Positions 41,419 to 53,200 of a stretch of 64,000 nt of DNA are shown piece after piece. The DNA is from Microbacteriaceae bacterium (GTDB lineage Bacteria; Actinomycetota; Actinomycetes; Actinomycetales; Microbacteriaceae). The DNA lies in contig JAIXXG010000035.1 in assembly GCA_027490915.1 (NCBI GenBank), forward strand, positions 19,582-83,581, given 5' to 3'. The stretch's first letter is position 1, and every line of letters starts with the position of its first letter. The position numbers and the translations under genes are program-made. The notes under the pieces were generated by a model. The model made no database searches. It saw only the letters and a list, made by a program, of their open reading frames with translations, and was not told the DNA's origin.

Positions 41419-42411
41419 ATGACGCTGCCCGAGCTGACCGACCCCGTCGACCTCTGCCTGCCCACCGGGCGCCTCAACCCCGCCGCGGTCGGTCGCACCC
41501 GCACCCCGTTGCACCGCAGCCCGCTGCGCGGCTGGGGCCGTTCGAAGCGCTGGGAGTACTGGGGCATCATGACCCCCGACCTCTTCGTCGGGATGACGGT
41601 GGCCAGCCTCGACTACGCCGCCGTGCCGTCGATCTACCTCGTCGAGCGGGCCACCGGTGCCCATCGCACGATCGGAGGTCTCGAGCCCTTCGCGCGCGGC
41701 ACGAGCATTCCCGACACGCTGCCCCCGTTCGAGGCGAGCGCGCGCTGGGGCGGCCGCCTCGGGGCGAGCGAGCTGCGGATGCACGCCGCGGGCTCGGCCA
41801 CGAGCATCCGGGGCACGGCGCCCGGGTTCGCGATCGATGTGACGAGCCCCGACGCCGGCGACGCACTCGGCGTGGTCGTGCCGTGGAGCGACAGCCTCTT
41901 CCAGTACACCCTGAAGGATGTCGCCCGCCCGGTGTCGGGCACGATCACCGTCGACGGTCGGCAGTTCGCGGTCGGCGAGGGCAGCTGGGCGGTGCTCGAC
42001 CGCGGGCGCGGCCGCTGGCCGTACCGGATGACGTGGAACTGGGCCGCCGGCTCGGGGCTCGTCGACGGTCGCCGCGTCGGCCTGCAGCTCGGCGGGAAGT
42101 GGACCGACGGCACCGGCTCGACCGAGAACGCGGTGTTCGTCGACGGCGTGCAGCACTACATCGCCGAGGAGCTCACCTGGCAGTACGACCTCGACGACGA
42201 GGCCTCGCCGTGGCGGATCGTCGGTGAGCACGCCGACGTCACGCTGACGCCGTGGCACCGCCGGCTGGAGCGCACGAACGCGCTCGTCGTCGCCAGCACG
42301 ATCCACCAGGCGCTGGGAACCTGGAGCGGGTGGATGCTCGACACGAGCGGCACGCGCGTCAGCGTCGACGGGCTCGTGGGCTGGGCCGAGCAGGCGCAGA
42401 ACCGCTGGTAG
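41419..42411 (+). CDS. DUF2804 domain-containing protein
   Basis: KRWEYWGI and RWPYRMTWNWA motifs and a length of about 330 aa. GAAGGAA SD. Confidence 0.7.
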   Translation: MTLPELTDPVDLCLPTGRLNPAAVGRTRTPLHRSPLRGWGRSKRWEYWGIMTPDLFVGMTVASLDYAAVPSIYLVERATGAHRTIGGLEPFARGTSIPDTLPPFEASARWGGRLGASELRMHAAGSATSIRGTAPGFAIDVTSPDAGDALGVVVPWSDSLFQYTLKDVARPVSGTITVDGRQFAVGEGSWAVLDRGRGRWPYRMTWNWAAGSGLVDGRRVGLQLGGKWTDGTGSTENAVFVDGVQHYIAEELTWQYDLDDEASPWRIVGEHADVTLTPWHRRLERTNALVVASTIHQALGTWSGWMLDTSGTRVSVDGLVGWAEQAQNRW

Positions 42412-42444
42412 CCCGGCGGGGGCCGGGGTGCGGGATGCCGCCGC

Positions 42445-43594
<1,150 letters not shown>

Positions 43595-43602
<8 letters not shown>

Positions 43603-44701
43603 GAGCGCGTGCGATTCCTTCTCTGATGAATGCGGCCTGGGCCTCGGGCGCGACGTCGCCGATGAAGGCGCCCATGGCGGCCTCCGAGCCGGCGAGGAAC
43701 TTCAGTCTCTCAGGGCCGCGCCGGGGGCTCGTCACCTGCAGCATGAGCCGCACGGTGTCACGCCCCCGCGAAACAGGGGCCTGATGCCAGGCGGCGATGT
43801 AGGGCGTCGGCGTCTCGTAGAGCGCGTCGATGCCGCGCAGCAGGCGCCGGTAGAGCGGTGCGAGCTCGTCCTTCTCCGCCTCGGTGAGCCCGGCGAAGTC
43901 GGGCACCTGGCGGTGCGGCAGCAGGTGCACCTCGATCGGCCACCGCGCCGCGAACGGCACGAAGGCGGTGAAGTGCTCGCCTTCGAGCACCACGCGGCCA
44001 CTGGCCCGCTCGGTGTCGAGGATGCGCGCGAAGAGGTCGGGCCCGACCGCGTCGATCGACCGCAGCAGGGCGGTCGTGCGGGGCGTGATGAACGGGTAGG
44101 CGTAGATCTGCCCGTGCGGGTGCGGCAGGGTCACGCCGATCTCGGCGCCCCGGTTCTCGAACGGGAAGACCTGCTCGATGCCCGGCATCGCGCTGAGCGC
44201 GGCGGTGCGGTGCGCCCACGCCTCGATCACCGTGCGGGCCCGGCTCACCGTCTGCGAGCCGAACGAGCCCTCGTGGTCGGGCGAGAAGCACACGACCTCG
44301 CAGCGTCCGACGCTCGTGCGGCTGCGCTCGAGGCCGATCGTGGTGAGGTCGTCCAGGCCCTGCGGTGCGTTCTCGTGCGTGAGCGCCGGGCCGAAGCTCG
44401 GCGACCGGTTCTCGAAGACGGCGACGTCGTACAGGCTCGGGATCTCGCTCGGGTTCTCGTCGCTCTGCGGCGCGAGCGGGTCTTGATCGGGCGGCGGCAT
44501 GAAGACGCGGTTCTGCCGGTTGCTGGCGATCGACACCCACTCGCCGGTCAGCACGTCCTGCCGCATCGTGGCGGTCTCGGGGCGCGGGTCGAGCACGCGG
44601 CGGTCGATCGACCGCTCGGGCCCGAGCGCGGTATCGGCGTCGTCGACGTAGATGAGCTCGCGCCCGTCGGCGAGCGTCGTGGAATGGAAGCGGATCGGCA
44701 C
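43595..44701 (-). CDS. galT: galactose-1-phosphate uridylyltransferase
   Basis: Trimmed from ORF 43595..45793 to GTG (complement 44699-44701). Active-site HPHGQIY. 8-nt overlap with galK. TACCAT (complement of 44708-44713) lies 6 nt upstream. Confidence 0.88.
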
Positions 44702-44723
44702 CTCACGATGGTACGGCCCGTTG

Positions 44724-44773
44724 CTTTCGAAAATGCAAGCGGTACGCTTCCGATATCGACAGAAATCGAAAGG
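44724..44773. promoter_or_regulatory. divergent gal control region with inverted CTTTCGA motifs
   Basis: CTTTCGAAAA (44724-44733, contains the 8-bp palindrome TTTCGAAA) and TCGAAAGG (44766-44773). GGTACG is repeated at 44710 and 44741. Locally A/T-rich. Confidence 0.45.
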
Positions 44774-44780
44774 CCGGCTG

Positions 44781-45575
44781 ATGGATGCTGCGCCCCAGCG
44801 CCGCGAGCGCCTCGCGCTGCTCGTGGCCGACCGCGGATTCGCGCGCGTCGTCGACCTCGCGCGCGAGCTGCGCGTGAGCGAGGTGACCGTGCGCACCGAC
44901 CTCGCCGCGCTCGAGGGCGAGGGCCGCGTCACCCGCGTGCACGGCGGCGCGATGCCGCGCGGCCTCGTCGCCGAGCGCGAGTCGAGCCTCGAGCAGTCGC
45001 GCACCCGGCTCGCCCGGGCCAAGCGCGCGATCGCGGCCGAGACCGCCGGGCGGGTGCGCTCGGGCGAGAGCGTGCTGCTCGACGTCGGATCCACCGCGCT
45101 CGCGGTCGCGCACGAGCTCGTCGCGCGGCCCGAGCTCGACGAGCTCGTGGTGGTGACGAACGGGCTCGCCATCGCGCTCGCGCTCGAGCCGGCCATCCCG
45201 CGCTTCACGGTCGTCGTCACCGGCGGAACCGTGCGGTCGCTGCAGCACAGCCTCGTCAACCCGCTCGCGACCACGCTGCTCGACGACGTGCGGGTCGACC
45301 TCGCGATCATCGGCGCCACGGGCATCGACGTGACCGCGGGCGTGACCAACGTGAACCTGCCCGAGGCCGAGGTCAAGCGGCGCATGGTTGCCTGCGCGGC
45401 GCGCCGCGTGCTCGCCGCCGACGCGTCGAAGCTCGGTCGCGTGCACCTCGGCAGGGTCTGCGGGCTCGACGAGCTCGACGAGCTCATCACCGACGACGCG
45501 GCCACGGATGCGGCGCTCGAGCCGCTGCGCGCGGCGGGCCTGAGCGTCACCACGGTCGCCCCGCGCCGCCTGTGA
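44781..45575 (+). CDS. DeoR family transcriptional regulator
   Basis: Trimmed from ORF 44652..45575 to ATG 44781 behind a GAAAGG SD. HTH VDLARELRVSEVTVRTDLAALE and a DeoR C-terminal sensor domain. Confidence 0.85.
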   Translation: MDAAPQRRERLALLVADRGFARVVDLARELRVSEVTVRTDLAALEGEGRVTRVHGGAMPRGLVAERESSLEQSRTRLARAKRAIAAETAGRVRSGESVLLDVGSTALAVAHELVARPELDELVVVTNGLAIALALEPAIPRFTVVVTGGTVRSLQHSLVNPLATTLLDDVRVDLAIIGATGIDVTAGVTNVNLPEAEVKRRMVACAARRVLAADASKLGRVHLGRVCGLDELDELITDDAATDAALEPLRAAGLSVTTVAPRRL

Positions 45576-45605
45576 CCGACACCGCGGCCCGCGTAGCATG
45601 ACCGC

Positions 45606-46544
45606 ATGACCACCACGCACCTGCCGGCACCCCCCACCGGCGAGCAGTACCGCCTGCTCCACGACGGCGCCCACGGCCCCGTCGAGGCCGTCATCACCTC
45701 GGTCGCTGCCGCGCTGCGGCAGCTCACGGTCGACGGCCACGACCTCGTGCAGGGATTCGACGAGGGGTCGACGGCGCCCTTCGGCTGCGGCATCGTGCTC
45801 GTGCCCTGGCCGAACCGCGTGCGCGACGGCCGGTGGGTGCATCAGGATGCGGTGCTGCAGCTCGACCTCACCGAGGTCGACCGCACCAACGCGATCCACG
45901 GTCTGCTGCGCAACACCCCGTACCAGCTGGTCGAGAAGCGCGACGACGCCGTCACGCTCGGCGCCGCGGTCGTGCCGCAGCACGGCTGGCCGTTCCACCT
46001 CTGGACGACGGTCGAGTATCGGCTGACCGGCAACGGCATCACGGTCACCCACAGCGTTACCAACCTCGGCAGCGAGCCCGCGCCGTACGCCGTGGGCACC
46101 CACCCGTTCATCCGCGTCGGCGCGCACCCGGTCGACGAGCTCACCCTCACCGCCCAGACGGCCGAGCACGTCATGGTCGACGACCGGCTGAACCCCGTCG
46201 GCATGGAGCCGGCGACGGGGGCATGGGATCTCCGCGCGGGTCGACGGGTCGGCGAGCTCGCGCTCGACGACGCCTTCCGCGTCGAGCCCGACGCCGACGG
46301 GATGATCCGCACCGTGCTCGCCGCCCCCGACGGCACCGAGACCGAGGTGTGGCAGGAGGGCGACTGGGAGTGGCTGCAGCTGTTCATCACCCGCAGCTTC
46401 CCGACCGCCTCGGGGCCCGTCACGGCGATCGCCGTCGAGCCCATGACCGCGCCCGCCGACGCCCTGAACTCCGGCGTCGGGCTGCGGTGGATCGAGCCCG
46501 GGGCCTCGTGGTCGGGCAGCTGGGGCATCTGCCGGCCTGCCTGA
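45606..46544 (+). CDS. aldose 1-epimerase family protein (mutarotase)
   Basis: GIVLVPWPNRVRDGRW and GTHPF motifs. TAGCAT 45594-45599 lies 6 nt upstream of the ATG. Next to galKT. Confidence 0.82.
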   Translation: MTTTHLPAPPTGEQYRLLHDGAHGPVEAVITSVAAALRQLTVDGHDLVQGFDEGSTAPFGCGIVLVPWPNRVRDGRWVHQDAVLQLDLTEVDRTNAIHGLLRNTPYQLVEKRDDAVTLGAAVVPQHGWPFHLWTTVEYRLTGNGITVTHSVTNLGSEPAPYAVGTHPFIRVGAHPVDELTLTAQTAEHVMVDDRLNPVGMEPATGAWDLRAGRRVGELALDDAFRVEPDADGMIRTVLAAPDGTETEVWQEGDWEWLQLFITRSFPTASGPVTAIAVEPMTAPADALNSGVGLRWIEPGASWSGSWGICRPA

Positions 46545-46698
46545 GCGGCGCATCCCGTCGATCGCCTCGGCGAACTCCCCACGAACGGGGGGTGCCCCGC
46601 GGGCTGTACCGCGCTGTGATCTGCTGATTGGATAAGCGCGGGGGGCAGGGGGCTGCACCCCGCGTGCGTGTCGCACGCATTCGACGGGGGAGTCGACC

Positions 46699-47106
46699 AT
46701 GGCCATTGCACCGAAGACCATCGTGATGATCGCGGGCGGCCTGCTCGTCGTGGGGGGCGGATTCGCGCTCGCTCCGACGCTCGGCGACATGTTCACCGCG
46801 GCCGTCGCGCCGTCGGACGAGATCTACGGCGATCAGGTCGAGTTCGAGGTCAACGCGAACGGCGAGACGTTCGGCAGCGCGATCAACGATCGCGTGCCCG
46901 ACCTCATCATCGCCCGCGCGGAGGGCGGCAAGCTCGGCTACATCCGGGTGAGCGAGCTCGAGTTCACGCGCAACCTCGTGCGCTCCGACCCCGACCCGAA
47001 CGCGGTCTACAACATCGACGTGTACGAGTCGGACGGCGAGACGACCATCGGCACCTTCCGGGTGCTCGACGACACCCCCGGGCCCCGCGACGGCTTCAAC
47101 AACTAG
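46699..47106 (+). CDS. hypothetical membrane-anchored/secreted protein (135 aa)
   Basis: GGGGGAG SD and N-terminal TM/signal anchor IVMIAGGLLVVGGGFALA. I recognise no family. Directly upstream of the giant surface-protein gene. Confidence 0.6.
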   Translation: MAIAPKTIVMIAGGLLVVGGGFALAPTLGDMFTAAVAPSDEIYGDQVEFEVNANGETFGSAINDRVPDLIIARAEGGKLGYIRVSELEFTRNLVRSDPDPNAVYNIDVYESDGETTIGTFRVLDDTPGPRDGFNN

Positions 47107-47297
47107 TCGAACCGACGGGGTGTCAGTACCGCGGGTCCGGTGGATGTCGTACCCCGACTCGGGGCACGTCTGTACCCCATTGACGCAAAGCGTCACTCTG
47201 CGCGCGAGGACCGGTGCGAACGGTCCGCGATCGGCGCGAAGGTGTACTGCACTCACGTCGATGGACGGTGCGCGCTGGGACGAACAGGGGAACGGAC

Positions 47298-50200
47298 ATG
47301 CACGCGTCGGGGGTCGTGCGACCCGCAGCAGGACCGCGGCGACGGATCGTCGCCTTCTCCGTCGTGCTCGCGCTCGTTGCGGGACTGTTCTCGAGCGTTC
47401 TCGGAGCGTCGACCCCCGCCCAGGCCGTGGTGCCGGCCTGCAGCTCGACGACGACGCAGAACGGCATCACCATCGCACCGAGCCACGGCTCGGTCTTCTA
47501 CATCGACAGCGCGGCCAGCCAGCGCATGGATGCCTCGTACCTGGGGTACGTCGTGTCGTCCACCACGGCCCGCAGCGACCTCTGGGTGTCGGTCGGCGGC
47601 TTCGCCGGCGGCTCGGTCACGGCAGCGGATCCGAACGACACGGCGCGCAGCATCGGAACGCTCGCGGCCAATGGCAGCGGAACGGCCTTCTTCCTCGTCA
47701 AGGCGGGGGCACCCACGACACGGGCGCAGGCCCACACGGTCACCGTGTACTCCGGTATGCCCGGGCTCGCGGCGTCGACCGCCCTCGCCAGCTGCATCTT
47801 CAGCTTCTCCCAGGTCAAGGAGACCATCAAGGCCAACTCCAACAAGGTCACCAGCGTGGTGACGGGACCGGTCGACACCGCGGGCATGACCGTGGGGCAG
47901 ACCTTCACCGTGACCGTCGAGGGCGACACCGGCCAGATCGGGGAGGGCACGTCGTCTCCGGACAAGGACATGATGTGGCTGTCGCCCGCGGCGCGGTCGT
48001 CGTGGCCTGCTGGTTCGGTGCGGCTGGAGTCGTCCCGCATCCAGCTGGGCACCACGCTGTCGAACGCGCGATCATGCACGACCGAGAACACCTGCCAGTT
48101 CAGCAATGTGCTGCTGATCCGCAACCTCCGCACGGTGGCGAACGGCATCCGGGCGAACACCAAGAGCCTCTCTTATGTGGCGACGTACACCTTCCGGGTC
48201 GTCGGAGCGACGAGCGCGGCTGTGCCCGTTCTGCCCGTCGCGCAGGTCTCGAGCGGCACCCAGATCAAGCACACGACCATTCCGCAGATCGCGCTCGCGA
48301 CCATCAAGACCAACGACGTCGTGGTGAATGCGCGCACCACCAAGACGGTGTCGACGACCGTCGTCGTCTCGCAGGATCCCCTCGCGACGACGCTCCGCTA
48401 CACCCTGAGCATCGTCAACAGCGGCACGTCGGCCGTCACGGTGGACCGCGTGATCGACCAGGCCGACGCGAGCCTGTCCTACGTCGCTGGCACGAGAGTC
48501 GGGCGGTCGTACACCTCGTCCGGCGTGCAGTCGGCGCTGACCGTCCGAGAGCCGTCGATCGACATCACGACCGGCGACCTCGTCTTCTCCGGCCCGCTCT
48601 CGGTGCCCGCGGGCGGCCGCATCGAGATCGATTACTCGATGGTGACGCCGACCTGTGTCGATGGCGAGCCGTTCAGCGTCACGAACAGCGCCACGGCCCA
48701 GATCGGCACGACGATCGTCGGCTCGAGCCCGTCGACGTTCCAGCAGGTGCTTGCGCGCGGAACCTGCGGAGACACCGTCATCGATCCCCCCACGATCACG
48801 GATGAGGCCATTCCGCCCGAGGTCGTGACGCTCGCGCCGAGCGCCGTGGGTGACACGACGGCGACCCTGGAAGGAACCGCTGACCCGAACGGCGTGGCGG
48901 GATCGGTCGTGCGCTTCGAGTGGGGCACCGACCCGAACTTCCGCGGCGCCGCCTCCAAACAGATGGGCACGACGACCAACGCGACCACCCCGCAGGCGGT
49001 CTCCGGCGGACTGACCGGGCTGCAGTCCGGCACCATCTACTACTACCGGATCGTCGTCGACGTGACCACCAGCGGCGTCACGACGAGCTACTACGGCAGC
49101 CGACAGTCCTTCACGACCACGGAGCCCGTCGCGGCCCCCGTCGTCACGACGCAGCCCGCCACGTCGGTCTCCAGAACCGGCGCAACCCTCAACGGGTCGA
49201 TCGATCCCAACCAGACGAGCTCGCTCGTCGCGTTCACGCTCAGCAAGAACTCCACCCTGGCCTCGGGCACCACTCTCGTGAAGATCCTCGACGATCAGGA
49301 CATCGCCGAGAACGCGAGCACCAACCCCCCCACATCCTTCGCGGGGTCGTTCTCGACGCCCTTCAGCATCACGCTCGCGCAGGCCGGGGTGGCGATCGTC
49401 GCGGGCGACACCTGGTACTACCGGGCCGACATCATCAGCAACACGGGCACGATTCTCAGCTCGGGCGCCATCCGGTCGGTCTCGCTCGTCACGACGTCCC
49501 CGCAGACCGTCGCCTTCGATCCCGTCAGCGACACGACCATCTCGGCGAGCTCGGCCTCGGTGCGTGCGACGGCGACATCAGGCCTCTCACCGTCGGTGCG
49601 CACCGAGACCCCTGACGTCTGCCGCATCGTGCTCGACGCTGGCGGTCAGGTGACGCTCGAACTGCTCGGCATCGGCGACTGCACGCTCGTCGCCGATCAG
49701 GAGGGCGGCACAGTCGGCGGAACGGTCTACGAGCCGGCGGCCTCGGTGACGACGAGCTTCACGGTCACCAGAGCCTCCCGCACCCTCACGCTCGACGACC
49801 CCGATGACCTCTCCGACTGGGGCCAGACCGGGCCCCACATCCATGCGACGCCGTCGCTCGGCGCTGACGACGGCACCATCTCCTACCGAACAGTCAGCAG
49901 CGACGGGGTGTGCAGCATCGACGCGGCCACGGGTGTCGTGACGGTCGAGGGCCCCGGCCTGTGCCAGCTCGCCGCGGACATCAGCCAGGGCGCACGGCAT
50001 CAGAGCGCGACCGCGTCGACGGTCGCCTTCACGGTCGGCAAGCGCACCCAAGAGCTCGTGCTCGCCGATGCGTCGCTCTCGCTGTCGAGCCCGCAGCTCG
50101 CCCTCGTCGCCGACTCGTCGGCGACGACGCGCACGGCCGGCCTGGGCGCGATCGAGTACATCCTGGCCACTGGCGAGAGCAACACGGCGCAGTGCTCGAT

Positions 50201-53200
50201 CGCCAATGGGCAGGTGACCGCGGAATCCGCCGGCACCTGCGTGGTCGAGGCGCGCCGCGGCGGCAACAGCCACTGGACAGATGCCGTGACCCGCGCTCTC
50301 ATCACCGTGAGCGACAAGGCGGCGCGGACGATCGCTCTGCGCATCCCGACCGCGACGGGAACCGCACCCGTCCCGGCGGCGGTCGACGACTGGTCGACCA
50401 CGGAGCTCGATGTGCTCGGTGTGCCGAGCACGACCGATACCGGCGACGAGATCCGATACACCACGCTTCCCGGCACGACAGCGTGCACCGTCGATGCCGC
50501 GACCGGGCGCGTCACGATCACGGGCGCCGGCGACTGCGTGCTGCGCACCGCCGTCAGCGAGACGGCACGAAGCGCCGGAGCGACCTCGAGCTCGACCACC
50601 ATCCGAATCGGTCCTCGAGCCCAGACCATCACCGATTTCCCCGGCCGCACCGTCTCCGCCGACGCGACGGAGGTGCCGCTCTCCTCAGGTACCGATGCGT
50701 TGACCAACGCCGACGGCATCGGTGAGGCGCAGTACCGCGTCGACCCTGCCTCGACCGATGGCTGCAGCATCGTGGATGGGCGGCTCGTCTTCACCCAGGC
50801 GGGCTCATGCATCGTCGTCGCCTCGCGGTCGGGAAACGCCCACTGGTCGGCCGCTGAGGCGCGCGCGACGATCACGGTCGAGCGGGCATCCCGCCGCCTC
50901 GCGTTCGATGGGGTCACGGCGGCTCTGGCCAGCGTTACGGACTGGGCCGAAGCGCCGCACAGCGCTGTCGCGACGCCGTCGGCCGGCGTCGGCGACGGAG
51001 CGGTCAGCTACAGCGCGGCCTCCGCCTCCGGCGCCTGCCGGGTCAGCGCGGCGACAGGGCTTGTCGAGTTCCTCGGAGCGGGTGAGTGCACGCTGCGTGC
51101 CGCCGTCGCGCAGGGCGCACGCTTCGACTCGGCGCAGGCCGACGAGGTGACCTTCACGATCGGGAAGCGCGAGCAGAGCATCACCGGCCATGCCGACGCC
51201 ACCCGCTGGGCCACCGTGACGAGCGTTGCGCTCGCGCCGCAGTCGAATGCGACGGTCAACGACAACGGCATGGGAGCGATCAGCCTCACGCTCGTGGACG
51301 ACGGGAACGGCGCGTGCCGGCTCGTCGACGGCGAGCTGCGCGTCGACGCCGCGGGCGAGTGCGTGGTCGATGCCGCGCGGTCGGGCAATGAGCACTGGAC
51401 CGCGGCGACCCAGCGCGCGGTGCTGCGCTTCGACCGTGCCGCTCGCACGATCTCCCTCCGAAGCGGCATGTCGTCGAACCCGACCTGGTTGGGAGCAGCA
51501 CCGGGACTCACGGTTCAGATCTCCGCCGACCCGACCGGAGGAGCGGTGCGCTACACCGCTGCTGAGGGCGGCCCGTGTGCCATCGATGCGGTGACCGGCG
51601 AGATCACGCTTCTCCGTGCCGGCCGATGCACGCTCACCGCCACCCTGGGCCCGTCGGCGCGCTACCAGAGCGCGACGTCCACCCCGTTGAGCTTCACGAT
51701 CGATCCGGAACCCCAGCGGATCACCAACCTCCCGAGCGGGCGCGTGACGGTCGAGACCGCGGCGATCCCCCTGGCGGCGGTGTCGAACGCGACCCGCCTC
51801 GACGACGGCATCGATCAGATCGTCTACCGCGTCGGCGGGGATGCTCGCACGACGGCCGTCTGCGCGATCGACGGCAGCACACTCGTGATCTTGGCAGCAG
51901 GCATCTGCGAGGTGAGCGCCTACCGGAACGGCAACGACAACTGGACCGACGCCGTCGCGACGTCGCAGGTCATCGTCGATCCGCTCCGTGTCGCCGGGGT
52001 GCTGCGGCTCGCGAGCGGACGGGCGGGAATCCCCGTCGGCGATTCCGACCGCGCGCTGCTGACCACCTCCCTGCTGCACCCCGGCCCGCGGACGTGGAGC
52101 GGGACCAGCGGCGTGTGCATGGTCGACGAGACCGGTGCGGTCAGGGCGATCGGCTCGGGAACGTGTGTGATCACGGTCACGATCCCCGCGACCGACCGCC
52201 TGTCGGCTGTGGTCGCGCAGCTCAGCGTGCCGATCACCGCGGTCACGGCCCCTCCGCCGCCGGCTCCCTCACCACCCGCTGCACCGTCGGACCCGCCGTC
52301 GCCGCCATCGCCGTCGAGCACGCCGACAAGCACGCCGACGAGCACACCGACCGCCGGGCCGGGGGACACAGGCGAGAAGCCGACCATCCTCCGCGACCCG
52401 ATCGGTGTGCGTACGATCCCCGAGCTCGCCCGCGAGTCGGTCAGCGGCTTCGCGCCCGGCAGCACTGTGCGGGCGGAGCTCGCCGGTGCCCGCACCGTCG
52501 GACAGTTCGTGGTTGCCGACGGCGTGCTGGATGAGTTCACGGTCGTCGACGCTCTTCTGTCATCTGCCGCGCGTCGTTCCGGCGGCTTCACGAGGGTGCT
52601 CTCGGTCGATGTGGAGCACCCCGATCCTTCGTCGCTCTTCACGGATATCGGCCCCGCGCTGACCCGCATCCTCGGAGAATCGCGGCTCGGTACGCCCGTC
52701 TCGGTCGGGGAGCTGCCCGTCACTGGCGCCGACCGCTGGGTGCGGGTCGAGGTGGAGGCCACCGGGCTGCGCCCGTCGAGCAGAGCCGCCCTCGTCGTCA
52801 CGACCGATCCGATCGTCGTCGGCGAGGCTGTTGCCGCAGACGACGGCAGGGCGAGCATCGTCGGCTGGATCCCCCTCGACCTTCTCGACGTCGGCCCGCA
52901 CTCCCTCCGCGTCGTCGGCGTGCGCGCGCTCTCCGGCGCCACGGTCGACGACACCGGCGCGGTCCGGATGACGGACGAGATCATCGCCGAGGTGAACCAG
53001 TTCGACCCGGGCACTGCGGCCACCCTGACCATCACGGGGTCAACGACGGGCCAGGACATCGTCATCGCTCAGCGCCGCATCCTGCTCGATGACATCACCC
53101 CCTGGTGGGCGCTCTTCCTGCTCGCCGCGGGCGTCCTCGCCGTCGGCGTCGCCCGTCGTCGGCGCGCGGAGTGGGATGCCCGGAGCCGGGCGGTGTCGCT

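Noticed and set aside
52713-52727. LPVTG pentapeptide in the giant protein as a sortase sorting signal.
   Set aside because: It lies about 210 aa before the C-terminus and is followed by ADRWVRVEVEA rather than a hydrophobic helix and basic tail. No sortase gene is in the window.
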